64,000 nt of DNA from contig JAAOMT010000543.1 of assembly GCA_016748015.1 (NCBI GenBank), positions 248,001 through 312,000 of the forward strand, given 5' to 3'. Shown here piece after piece: positions 38,341 to 50,778 of this stretch; the first letter of the stretch is position 1, and the number at the start of each line of letters is the position of its first letter. The DNA comes from Geosiphon pyriformis uo1 (Eukaryota; Fungi; Glomeromycota). The notes under the pieces are model-generated. The model was not told the origin of the DNA and did no database searches. It saw nothing but the letters and a program-made list of their open reading frames with translations. The position numbers and the translations under genes were made by a program.

Positions 38341-39199
38341 TAATTTCTAAACTATCGAAAAGAGATATAGCTAAACATATAAATGAGTTCTTCATTGGGT
38401 TAAAAAGCACCTAACTAAAAAGATAAAGAAAGCAGTTATTGAAAAGAAAAATGAAGGCTAAACATGTTTCTAAGATAGAAACTACTCATATAAATTAAAG
38501 AAACATTATTTTTTTATCCTTAGATATCATTGACTGTAATGTGAAAGAACTACTTTATAAAAGTTTACTTATTTCTTATATTTCTTTTTTTGGTCTCTAA
38601 TAAAGCTCACATAGTAAATTTCGAGATATTTATGACATGAAAAATAAAATTGAATCTGTGTCAATGACCTATAATCGAATTTATTGTTAAGCTAATAGGA
38701 ACTTTGAAAAGATATGTTGATACTTAATTCTTATATTATTAAAGATGACATGGAAGGCTGATATTACTTTATGCGGATAAGACCTAAAATACAGTCTTTA
38801 TTTATTTATGCTATTTTGCCATAAATATGCTCCATATTTGAGAGCTCTTTAGTTTTACTCGAGCATCTATATTAAATCTAAGAATATTCTCCTGTCTGTA
38901 ACGTTGATTATGAAGTTTGATTCTTTATCTAGATACGATCTGTAGCCTTAGTTGAATTACAATACCAAGTACAACGAGGCCACGAAATTTCTCCTCAATA
39001 TAGTTTTTTTTGGTGGTTTATTCTTTGGAGCCCCAAGTTTTCATTCATTACTAATTAGCTGCAGACTATTAACAATAAAATTTTTTTTGCTAATAAAAGC
39101 TAAAACCTTTGATATAAAATTCAAGTTAAATTTTGAAGGCCTTCTTAACTTCATCCTTCTCAACTTTTGTGTCTTGGGTAAAATTTAAAACTTAAATTG

Positions 39200-39690
39200 A
39201 ACTTGAAAATTAATAATTAATTACTTTACATAACTTTTTTCAAAAAAAATTGAAACCATTAAATAAATTTAGTTTTTTTTTATTAAAGATTATGAATATT
39301 TATATTTCAGATTTTATCTTAAATAAATTATTTACTATTTAATAATAATTTTAATAAAAAAAAAATGTATTAAACACGTATAACAATTAGAAGTTTTATT
39401 AAAAATATAAAAAAATACTCTTAATTTATTTTAACAACATATTTAATTAAAATTGCTAAATTAAAATAACTATTTATTTATTTAAAAAAAAAATTTAAAG
39501 CAATATTTATTTGTTTTGTTAATATTATAATTATTTTTCAAAATATTAAAAAGCAAAGCTTTATACCAATAAATTAAATACACATTAAAACAATATTAAT
39601 TAAATCTTTTTCTAATTAAATTAATAATTACTTTTATTTATATCATTATTATTTTATAATTAATTATATATTGACTTTTAGTTAAATTAA

Positions 39691-39724
<34 letters not shown>

Positions 39725-40200
39725 CTTTTTATTTTTATTTTGCTCTAACTGAGTACAACTCTTTCACTATTTACATATATAATTCATATATATGTCTATG
39801 ATAAATGTGAACCATGTGTTTTCCACATATGACTAAAAATCCTAACTTATGTCAATGTTACATTAAGCTAAATTAAACACTAAAAATAACTCTTTTGTAT
39901 CCAACTTATCAATAAATTAACAAATTCACTAAATCAGATTTTTAATACTTTACTAGATTTTATAAGATCATTAGATAATTCAGTGTATTTTGATTTACTG
40001 GGCCATCATTTAAGAGAAGCTCATCACACTTTTCTTTAATTTAGTAATATTTTTAAACAAATCAAACACCAATTCACCAAAGAAAAAAATTAGCCTTCTA
40101 TTTTTGCATCAAACTTGTCTTTACCAGCTAACAAAGAAAGAACTTGGGTCACCAGACCAGCAATAGATTCTATTACTGATTTTACTAAATAATCAAATTT
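39200..40200. repeat. Hyper-AT eroded repeat block with a (TTA)n tract
   Basis: Very low GC and CpG-poor; GC rises toward 40000-40180, where a coding-like minus-strand remnant survives. (TTA)n at ~39691-39722. Confidence 0.4.
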
Positions 40201-42229
40201 TTATATGAGATTCCAAAGAGGTTAATTTGGATTCAATGTTCTTATTGAGCATCACAAAATAAGGCTTGGGATTAAAGAAATGAAATGGTTTCTGGGAATA
40301 CAAAATAAAAATAGAGTGCTAAGAAATATACAAGAAAATTCAGAAAATATCTGCAGAATATATAACCGGAATTTTTCGCTATAAACTCCTTTAAGAAATT
40401 GGTAACAAAATTCAAAATAATAATTTTACACGAGATAGAAATTTACTCAACCCAAAAGTTCATTGCTCAAAAGTTTCACCACTGAGAAATAAATTTTTTT
40501 TACCGATATTCAACCTCCTAAATTCAAAGAAAGCCCGTAAAATTTTCAAGAAATCAAATTCTCCAACTTTATAATATCATACAATATTCTCGGATCATTT
40601 TTAAACGAGCAAATGAATAATACCAAATTCATGAATAAAAAAGGGCTTGATATCAAATATCGGTTAAAATTCTTCAAAAAAAATCGCTCATTCTATTATT
40701 TTATTATTCCACTCTATTATTGCGAAAAAAAGTGGAGTTTTGAAAAATATGAACTTTGACTATAAATTTCTCGAGAATTTGGGACTAAAAAGACCATTGG
40801 GATCCAAAAAAAAAATATTTACACTTATCAAATAATGTCTGCTCTTATTATCGTTTTATTCAAATGCTTTAGCTTTTTCACTGAAGCTCATTAATCATAT
40901 CCTTGAACGCAAAACCTTGGAACGAAAAACAAAAAGTCACCTCGTATCAAAATCATAGGAAATTTTCAGTAATCCCAACATAGCGGTAAAAGTTTTTTGA
41001 GTTGAACTAGATTTTTCAGCACGGGAATAAAAAATTATCATTCTGGCTGATGTTTATCCGCAAGCCAGAAACTCGAGAATAATTATATAGAGTTATTACC
41101 ATGGATATTAACGTAAATTGGACTAAAAGGAAAAAACCAAATACCGATATCAGTTCACCTTTAGGTTGATTATTTTCCATTTCTAAAATACAATGGTTCC
41201 TTAGCTTCAATTGAAGTTCTAAACTAAATAGAAAGATTTGGTCTAAATTATTTATTCTCTTCAAGAATATCTCGTTGGTCTCATCAAGCACAAGGCATGT
41301 TGCATAGAAATTGATATCGGATTGAAATATCCAAAATTTGAAATCAATCGAGAATTTAATTGAAGATTTAAGGAAGCTACAGATACACTTACTTTTTAAA
41401 CTTCAATTTAAATTATAAAAAAAATTTCAAGTTCAAAACAAATTAAAACCCTCTCTTGAAACATTTGCTTGTTTTTATTCCACCAAAAAAGTTTGAGAAT
41501 TATCTTGTTAATTAAAATTTCAAATGAAATAATGGCAGTTTACACATTTTCTTTCCTGACCTTATTCAAATTGACAAAATGAAATCAAAGATTTGTATGA
41601 TCTAAAGTAAGAAAAGTTTCTGTCCTCTTTTTTAATTGTGAAAATTAATCAAATTGTTTAGCTTCAGATCTAGAACTTTAGTATTTTGAAAAATCGAGCC
41701 AACTTTTTAATTTTGAGGGGTAATCAAGTAAAGAAAGGAGTTTAAATTTCAAAAATAAGTTCAAATATTTGAATTCTAGGAACTCCAAAATTTTTTTCGA
41801 AAGAACGAAATCTTGCTCCAAAATGAACCATACAAAAAATTTGCTTAATACTACCTATTAATGTTCAATGGCTTAGTAATACATATCGATATTTTTACCG
41901 CCACTATCTATTGTCCCAGTTCTATCAATCGTTGTCTTAAAAAGGTAAATCATAAAATACTTACTTTTTGTCTGTCTTATTATTCTTGTTTTTCCTCTTC
42001 CCGTCAATGCCATTTTAATCGTTGCCTTGCTCTGGAATTAAAAAAGGTTGATATTTTTAACTTCCAAAATTATTTACCTTTTTTTTATTCTTTAAATTAT
42101 TATGTTCCTTCGCTGCTTTAATCTTTGCCTTAATCTGGAAAATTAGTAATTTTAAATTGAAACGTTTTCCCATGTTAATTGTTTTTTTGCTATGATTTTG
42201 ATTAATTGCGTATAAGGCAACCAAAAACT

Positions 42230-43650
42230 TGGCATTTTTTCAAATATATTTTATGTTAGTTTAAACGAAACAAGTTATTGTAAGACCATCTTTATTAAAT
42301 ATATAATTTTATTACTATTTTTGTATTTTTTTAAATGTTTTATTGAGTGTAGTCTAATCTAAAGTACATATACAAGTTCAATAATTATGTGTAAAATATA
42401 TATAATTAGCTATTTAAGGCAATTAAGATTATTTTATAACAATAAACTAATTTTTGTATATTATTTATCTTTGTCTTAATAGCTTTAATACTTTTTAAAA
42501 TTCTGTATAAATTTTTTTTATTTCTATATATTATAATTGTATTAAATTAATTTTAACTATAAAAATGTTTACAACTCTTTTAATTTTGTTAATTTTTCAG
42601 GAATTATACTTTCAAACATTACAATATAATTTACAGATAAAACATTATTTAAATTTTTTAAAGAATTTATCTGATAAATATACTGTTTGTATTTAAATAT
42701 AAATTAATTTTTTTTTATTAGAGTTGGTAAAAAACCCATAGCTTAATTTTTTTAAATATGATAATAGTAGTTTAAAATTTTCAAAACATAAAATTAATGT
42801 TTTATAAAATATTAAACAAAAAGTTTTTTCTGAATTTTTAAAAAAATTTGCTGTTATTTTGATTATTTGAGTAATTATTATAAAAATTGTCAAAAAAAAA
42901 CAATCAATATTATTGCTTTTGATATATCTCTTTAAAAAAATGTTGACTAAAAAAACTTTTAGTCAAAGAAAAAATTCTTTTAAATGTAATTTATTAAAAA
43001 ATATATTTTTACAATATTTTTATTTAATTGTTTTTACTATTGAAAAAATATTTTTTAATTGGCATAAATTTGTTAAAAATATTTTTGTTTATTAATAGTG
43101 TTTTATTGCATAGAAAAAACAGCCAATTTTTAATAAATATAATAAAACAATTATTATAATATTAATAATAATAAATTTATTAAATAAAATATGCAATATT
43201 AATTATATACTGTTGTAAATTATAAATTATATTATTATAATTTGTGTTCAAAATTTTAGCAAATCTTTTGATATTATGTTTATATATTCTTATTTTTATA
43301 TTTTATTAATATATTTATATATATTGCTTTTAATTTAAAAAAGAAATAATATGCATTGTATTTTTATTTTAAAAAAGTATAAAAACTATAAATAGCTTAT
43401 TTTTTATAAAGTTGTTTTTAATATAAGTTTACTTATTATTTCAAAATAATAAATAAATATTTTAATAAATTTATAAAATACAAACAAGTTTATGCTAAAA
43501 AAAGAAATTACATATATAATTACTAGTAAATTTTAAAATATAAATGAAAAATATAATAATAATTAACTAAAAAGAATGATAATAATAATGTGACTAAAAG
43601 GAAGATATAATAATATGAATAGAAAATGATAGAAATATTAAGACAAATAA
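42230..43650. repeat. Hyper-AT eroded transposon-like block
   Basis: About 1.4 kb almost without CpG and with very low GC; it has sharp boundaries and abuts the Fanzor relic. Confidence 0.45.
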
Positions 43651-44045
43651 AATAAATCTTGATATTTATTCTTAAAAGAAATAATTAAAGATAACAGGAA
43701 TAAGTAGAATTGGTCAACAAGATATTGAATATATTATTTGTATTTGAATTGATATGGGCAATTTGATATCACAATAGATCAACCTTAAAATGCTAAGACT
43801 TGCATGTTTACAAAAATGAAATTCACAAAAACAATTGCATTCTTTACTTGCAAATTTGACGGTCATTATTATTCCTCCTTTTGAAGTGTCAAATATGATA
43901 AACTGAAAAATGAGAAAGATCACACAAAAAACAGTTTGAAAATGCTCAGTTGGGCACACTATCAATTTCGGCAACCTTTTAATAGCCAAAGCAAAGCATG
44001 TGCGTCTAAAACTTGCAGTTGGTGTGGAAAATACAAACATCGTGC
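43650..44045 (+). pseudogene. Fanzor2 / IS607-TnpB-like RNA-guided endonuclease relic
   Basis: Correcting small frameshifts gives RIGQQDIEYIICI*IDMGNLIS...EIHK.TIAFFTCKFD-VIIIPPFEVSNMIN*KMRKITQKTV*.MLSWAHYQFRQ..IAKA..ACASKTCSWCGK. These correspond to the TnpB/Fanzor2 hallmarks (L/I)HKK, IIIPxFxxSxM, W(S/A)HYxFRQRL and (EAY)TSKTCxxCG. Confidence 0.82.
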
Positions 44046-44245
44046 ATTTTGAATTAATATTCCCAATCTTGGATATTAAAGCTTTTGTACACAAATCTCA
44101 GGTCATTTCATTCATCATTGTGATGCTATGTTTTTAGCTATGATCTCATATTGATTCAGGCATTACAGTACACGCGGATCTTGGATTTTTTGGCGATCAA
44201 TTCGGGATATTTGAATTCTTCCTTTAAATATAGTACGGATAAAAA

Positions 44246-45979
44246 ATGAATGTTCTAAACAAACACGGCTTGGGAATATCTTCCCCAAAGTCAATTTATG
44301 AAATGGATACACAGCTAAAGCAACAATTACTTCCACAACTTCCATTTGACTGCATTCATGAAATTTTTTCCCAATTAATTAATGACTTACCAACATTGCT
44401 TTCATGTACTCGTGTGAGCAGAGCATGGTGTTTAGCAGCGAGCCCATTTCTATGGCAAGAACCATTTAGAGATTTCAAAATAAAAGCACTCGAAAAACTA
44501 AAGCGCAGCCAAAAAAACTTGATCGAGATTTTTTTTCACTTTCTAACACATGAACAACGTGAGAGGCTTTCTCAACACTTTTCGGCTTCTATATTTGAAC
44601 AATCAATATTCGAAATGCCACCTAGCTTACCGTATCCGCGATATACGCGCCGAATTAATATCCTATGGGTAAATGGCGCTTTAAAACATTGGCTTGAAGC
44701 CAAAAACCTCTTTTATTTTCCCTGGGATGGACACGTGATGAAATTACTTGAAGAGTTAGGGAAAGTTTTTATTCAACAAGCCAGCTCGATTAGAGAATTT
44801 ACTCTGGCTGTTGGAAGTATCATGCCATACCCCCCAAACTTTTTTAAGACCTCCTTTGCTACTCAATATTCTAATAGGTTGAATTTAAGCTTAGCCAAAC
44901 TTCGGATACTTCGGTGCCGTGGTCTTTACCATAAGGCACAATTATTTGACGATGCTGCGAGCGCTTTGAAAGATCTAACTGAAATAGAAATCTCAAAAAT
45001 ATGGCATTCGGATGAATGGGATGCTTTGGGCAAACTTGTGAGGGCTCAACGAAAGCTGGAAAACTTTAAAATTCGGGATTGTAACGGGCCAGGAATCAAT
45101 TCTTTTCTTGATGTAATAGCACGCGAGAACGATGAAATTGGCAATTTTCGAAGCATAGGTTTTACAAATTCAATTAGAACAATCACAAATATGGGCAAAG
45201 CTTGCTCAAACATACGCTATTTGGAGTTTTCTGACGTTAATTTTAGCCCAAATGCTTTCGTACGATTTCTGTGTCTTTTACCAAACTTGGAGACATTACT
45301 TTTTCATAATTGTGATAATTCGAGCCCAAATGAAACCGTTCCTAAATTCCATGAACAATCTCACGTATTGTGCCGAAAGCTCAGACGCCTCGTTTTTCGC
45401 GACTCATCAATAGAAACTGATCAATTGGTGCAAATTCTCAAAAATGCAGGTCGGGGACTGCAAGAATTTAAAGTATATGGTTTGTGTACCGCGAATGTGA
45501 ACATAATTTTGAATTGCATCACTGAAAACTGCTCAAACATTGAAGTATTCGGAATGGGGATAAATGTGATCCATTTTCCGGCTTTGATTGAAATGTTGAA
45601 CTCTTGTCGTAGACTGAAACAAGTGTCTTTTGACCACAATATTTATATGCACGACACTAATTTGAGGGCTATGAATGTCGAAGAATTTATGTTGCCGTTG
45701 GCAGCTGCCCTACCCGAAACCTTGCAAGAGTTGAACGTTTGGTCCAATTGGGTTTTTACCACTGAGGCGTTCAAAGAATTCTTCGAAAAGCTCAAGTCTC
45801 CCTTACAGTTATTGAACATTGGATATTGTAAATGCATCAACGACAGGCATCTCGAAATTATCACTATATTTGCTAAAGTAAAAGGAACCTTGTCAACTCT
45901 GGACATAAGAGACGGGAAAGTATCATCTATGGCACTTCAACATGCAAAGAAAGTTATCAAGTTAGTTAAAAGCAATTGA
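44246..45979 (+). CDS. F-box / RNI-like leucine-rich-repeat protein (577 aa)
   Basis: F-box LPFDCIHEIFSQL...LLSCTRVSRAWCLAASPFLWQEPF; downstream LRR-like repeats (LPNLETLLF, LPETLQELNV, LQLLNIGYC). Single long ORF. Confidence 0.92.
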   Translation: MNVLNKHGLGISSPKSIYEMDTQLKQQLLPQLPFDCIHEIFSQLINDLPTLLSCTRVSRAWCLAASPFLWQEPFRDFKIKALEKLKRSQKNLIEIFFHFLTHEQRERLSQHFSASIFEQSIFEMPPSLPYPRYTRRINILWVNGALKHWLEAKNLFYFPWDGHVMKLLEELGKVFIQQASSIREFTLAVGSIMPYPPNFFKTSFATQYSNRLNLSLAKLRILRCRGLYHKAQLFDDAASALKDLTEIEISKIWHSDEWDALGKLVRAQRKLENFKIRDCNGPGINSFLDVIARENDEIGNFRSIGFTNSIRTITNMGKACSNIRYLEFSDVNFSPNAFVRFLCLLPNLETLLFHNCDNSSPNETVPKFHEQSHVLCRKLRRLVFRDSSIETDQLVQILKNAGRGLQEFKVYGLCTANVNIILNCITENCSNIEVFGMGINVIHFPALIEMLNSCRRLKQVSFDHNIYMHDTNLRAMNVEEFMLPLAAALPETLQELNVWSNWVFTTEAFKEFFEKLKSPLQLLNIGYCKCINDRHLEIITIFAKVKGTLSTLDIRDGKVSSMALQHAKKVIKLVKSN

Positions 45980-46131
45980 TCAACCGAATTCAAAATTTTG
46001 ATTGTGTAACTTAGATTGTCTCCCCCTATGCAATCTTTACTGATAAATTGCCTATCTAGCCCAACTTGATCTGATTTTTCTCATCTTTAAGACATGTTAT
46101 CCACTCTCAAAATCCGACATTATATTTCTAC

Positions 46132-47763
46132 ATGAAACCAGGAAATCTTTCAATATATTGTAATTACGCGTTGTTATTTATTCACAAACTAGTAAACAAA
46201 TGCTCAATTCTGATTTGAAATTTATTGTTTGAAACAAGTCTCACGGAATATTTCAATAAATGCGACATTCACACAAGCACCATCAATCGCATCCGCGATA
46301 TCATTGTTTGCTGCCCGTATAAAAAATTATGCTCCCGAAAAGCAGCAACCTAAATTTATTTCACAAGAGGAAGCATACGGCCAATGTCCAAAATGTCAAA
46401 AGACCAAGCTTGATTATATTTGGTGTCATTCTTGTCTTACTCCATTGAAAAACTTGAATTGGAATAGTGGTAACCCTGAAATAAATGCCTTTATCCAGTC
46501 AACACAAAAAAATCCCGTCTGGCAAATGAATAATTATTTAGAGTGGATTCCGTATGGAAGGCTCACCGATATCGAATTTCTTGGGGCAGGTGGACAGAGT
46601 ACTGCATTTTTGGCAAATTGGCGGGATGGAGAAAAGAAAACCCTCTATAATGAGAATAGGAAGTGGTTACACAAAACTAAAATTCCAAAAAGAGTTGTCC
46701 TAAAGAATTTATTGTCGCAGAAAAACACTTTTAAGCTTTTCTTGACGCAAGTAAGAAGGTTTTGAGCAAATGGGATTTTTCTGTTGTGCGATTGTAACAG
46801 AATATTTATTATCTCAATTACTAGGTGGACCGGCACTACCGTTTGGTCTCGAATCGTTGTAATCTTTTGCAATTTTTCGGGATAACTCAAAATCCTAAAA
46901 CCCTTGAATATCTTTTAGTTACAGAATATGGTGAACGAGGAAATTTGGGTAATTATTTAAGGGAAAAAAGGGAAAATCTTGAATGGGTTGAAAAAATGAG
47001 AATCGTGATGGACATTGCTACCGACTTGGACACAATTCACAGGTCGCCTGAATCGGAGGAATACCCTGCTCTTCATGGAAATATTCATCCAGGCAATGTT
47101 CTCATCAAAGAAAATTACTTCCATCTGGCAGACTATGGATTGAATTTGCCTCATAGGGTTACAAAAACAAAAAAAGGGGGAAAAAAAGGTTCGGTAAAAG
47201 GAGTTTTGCCATACCTTGCCCCAGAATTATTGTGTGGTGAACCATATTCACAGCTGGCCGATATTTATAGTTTCGGTATTTTGATGGCTGAAATAGCTAG
47301 TGGAGAACCTCCATTATCCCAGGAACCCCATAACGAAAATCTTGCTGACAAAATCTGCCAAGGAATGCGTCCACAAATTCCTTTCGATACCCCTGATCGA
47401 ATAAAAAAGATAATCGAAAAATGTTGGAATGCTAATCCCGAAAAGCGCATGAAGCCTAGGGACTTATATACGGCAGTATTTCTCACATACGAGAAAATGA
47501 AAGATGAAGATGGAATTATTAAAGAGATGTTTAAGCATGTCGAAAAAAAGGATAAGGCCCTGAACTCTGATGAAAAAAACTCATCCTGTTTATCGAAGGG
47601 CAAATTAGTGTCAGAAACGAAAACAAATTACAAAGATGTTCACCCAAAAGCTATATATATTAGCCGAGAATTTTCCTTTAAGAAACTTCCAACACCCGTA
47701 AATCTGAAAAGATGGGAAACATTGAGTATAGGTGGCTCTCCAGACCTTAAGAAGACAGCTTAG
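46132..47763 (+). CDS. TKL-like protein kinase-fold protein, probable pseudokinase. Tentative exons 46132-46159, 46239-46750, 46825-47763
   Basis: Glomeromycotina-type leader YGQCPKC...WCHSC...WNSGNPEINAFIQSTQ...LEWIPY; GAGGQS, VVLK, HGNIHPGNVL, DYG, YLAPE, ADIYSFG and CW.ANPEKR. Intron 46751-46824 (GTAAGA..TAG). The first exon and start codon are uncertain. Confidence 0.85.
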
Positions 47764-48189
47764 TTCCTTTTGCTTTCGTTTAAGAAGTAAGATCATCACA
47801 ATTTTTTCTTGAATGGTTGCATTTCCTTTACTCCCTTCTTCATTTCATTAATTAGGAAAAAATGATTCATTCTTTAAGCAATGAGTTGAGATTGGGCGAA
47901 AAATAACGAAATTGTGTATTCAGAAATTTCTTGGTCAAAAACTGAGCGCCAGACTTTATATGTCTATTTAAGAGTCATAATTATTCAATTATTTCATGAA
48001 TTGCAGTAACTTATGCTAATAAATTTTTTTTAAATATTGGACATTTCTTTTATTTTCAATATAAAACAAATAATATGATAATGTAACATATATCGTATTT
48101 AGAAATATTATGATTACATTCAGTGCTTATATAATTTCCAGGATTATATTAACGCAATAGCTAAATATTATTCAAACATTAAAAAACCT

Positions 48190-49839
48190 CCATCTCTTAA
48201 TTTAATTTAATTATTTCCAGCCATTTTTTAGTTTGACATTTAACGTTTAGCATTAATGTTTAGCGTTTTAATTTTTCCGCAAATAAATTATTAATATGCA
48301 GAATATAAAAATACGAACTACAAGAACCGAAAACTACTGAATCTGTCTTTTAATTTTTATAAATTGACATTATTTTTAATCAATTTTTGTTTAATTGGTC
48401 AAATAAAACAATCATGGCAAAAAATATTAAACTGGAATTCTGATAAGTAATTTTACTTATTAAGAAATCAAAAAAAAGTTTTTCCATATTAATGTTAAGC
48501 ATTGCCAATTTAAACATATATTTTATTTCTATTATGAACAAAATTAAAGCAAAAATTTTAAAACTGCTATTAAACCTAGCAAAATTTCTTCTTTAAAAAA
48601 TAATCAATTAGTCCAAAGTCAAATCCAATATCTTTTTCTTTTCTTTTTGAATTCTAAGAAATACCAACTGAAATTATTTTTTTGTCTTAAGATTTTTAAA
48701 AAAAATTAACAATTGTGATTTTGATTTGTAACAATATTTTTATAAATGCTCTTAAATTTATACTATTTGCCAAAAAAATTCAATGAAATTGAAATTAGAA
48801 CTGTATAAAAATTAGTTTATAAGTTTAAGAAAATTAATTTTATAAATTATATAGCAAAACAGCTATTATATTATAAAATATTATTTTTTTGTCATATTTG
48901 TTGAATGATAAATTTATATATATTGGTCGTAATTTTTTTGGTTAACCAGCTTTTTTATGATTCAAGATGCTTTTTGCTAATTTTTTAAGATTTTAATATA
49001 TTGTACTTATTAAAATTCTTGTTAAATTGTAAATTTTATTTGGTGTATACATTCTATATTTCCAGAAATTTAAAATTATGGTGTATTGTAATTTTAACTT
49101 GGATTTTTTATAACAAATTTTTATTAATAAAAATTTTTAAAAATTATGTGAAAATAATGTTAACATTTTAAGATAAATTTCAACACTTTTTTTAAAAAAG
49201 TTTTGTAATAAACTGCATTAAAAATTTTAAATTCAACTAATTGTATTAAAATTATTAATGTTTTTGTGAATTCAATAATTAAATATTTACTTATTTATAT
49301 TAAAATAAACTTAATTTGAATAATTTATAAATTATTCAAAAAAACAATTTTATATTGATACTTTTCAAACTTTAATTTTTCATGCTACCAAATTTTTTTA
49401 TATGTTTAGTAATTGATTTTGAGAGACAATAAGCTCAACTAATAATATGTTGTTTAATTACAACTAAAACACCAAGAGCAAAATCAAAAATTTAAATTAA
49501 CAATCAAAATAATAATTAAATATTAATTGTCAAAATAAAATATATTGAGAATATATGAAATGGAAACAAACTAATATAAAATAAGAATAATAATGTTTGA
49601 AGTAATCAAAAATAAAAATAAAAAAAGGAAATTGCTAAAAATTTCAAAAAAGCATGCAATTAAATAAGCTATAACAAAAATTGTAATCAACAAAAAATAA
49701 GTGAACTTAAATGATAAAAATTGAATATTAATTAACATAAGTTTTGAGTCTTATTGTCATTTTGTTGATTCGTAAAAAAACTAAATTGGCCAGGCTTTTA
49801 AAACATTTGGCCAATTAATTAAACTAATTAAAAAGATGG
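48190..49839. mobile_element. AT-eroded DNA transposon relic with imperfect terminal inverted repeats (hAT-like?)
   Basis: Left CCATCTCTTAATTTAATTTAATTA versus the reverse complement of the right end CCATCTTTTTAATTAGTTTAATTA; subterminal short repeats TTAACGTTTAGC/TTAATGTTTAGC; hyper-AT interior. No TSD seen. Confidence 0.5.
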
Positions 49840-50778
49840 TTTTTGCGATTTAATATTAATAAATTTGTACAATCAAATTTTAACATTAGTCATTTGAAGA
49901 ATGTCAAAAAATAATCTTTATTATTTCCATTATGAAAGTTAAGTTGTTGAGTTGATGGGGAAAAATTTCTAAATAGAAGCTTATAATTTTCTTCAAACCA
50001 GTTGTTATTGAAAATAGCAACATTTAAAAATATCACCAATATTTTCCAACTAAAAATTACTCCACATACAATGTATGTTTTTAAACTATTATTATTTGAA
50101 TATAATAATTCTTCAAGAGAAACTTTATACTTTTCGTAAACTTCGAATCTTGGTAAAGACTCGTACGAAATATCAAATTATCTTTATTGATATAAATTTT
50201 TTTATGAAATACTTATTAACATATAGTGTAAATGCAACTTATCTCGCTTTATAATATCCGCAATAACTCTTTCGTTAAATGTTTCATGATAAAGTATTCT
50301 ATTCAAGTGTTTGTTATCTTTAAAAACTCTGTTCTAAGGCAAGAACTAAAGAATAACTTTTAAGTGGTAAGATTCGAGGGATAAAATTTAAAAGCACTTG
50401 TTTAAACGTGAAAAGGGACGATGAGTAAGTAATTCAATTACTCAGGTTTATACGCATGGCATCATTGATAACCTTTAAAGAATTTAATCAGATGAACGCA
50501 GAAAATTTTCTTGTTAAAGAGCTTTCTATCTCTTTCATTATTAGTTAAAAACGTTGTTAGATGGCAAAAGCCTAAAAAGTGGTCAAGAAATTGATGTAAA
50601 TGCGTTCAAGAATTTTGGTTTAGGGCTCCTTTGCCAAGGTAAGCAAGCCCGGAAATCTTCAAGAAATCCTGAAGAACTCTGATGGTGTAGTATTGAGCTT
50701 TACAGCGGAAATTTCGCGGAATACCTTAGACTCAGCATGGCGCTGCTGCTGGTTATCAAGTTTTAAATATTTTTTCCA

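Noticed and set aside
46060-46080. AACTTGATCTG resembling the fungal TPP riboswitch core
   Set aside because: It lacks the following GATAATACCAGCG and the upstream CTGAGA elements.
45421-47799. Antisense ORFs overlapping the F-box and kinase genes (likewise those over the Sel1, GEP3, ALO1 and nuclease-like genes)
   Set aside because: Shadow ORFs of real coding strands with no motif support.
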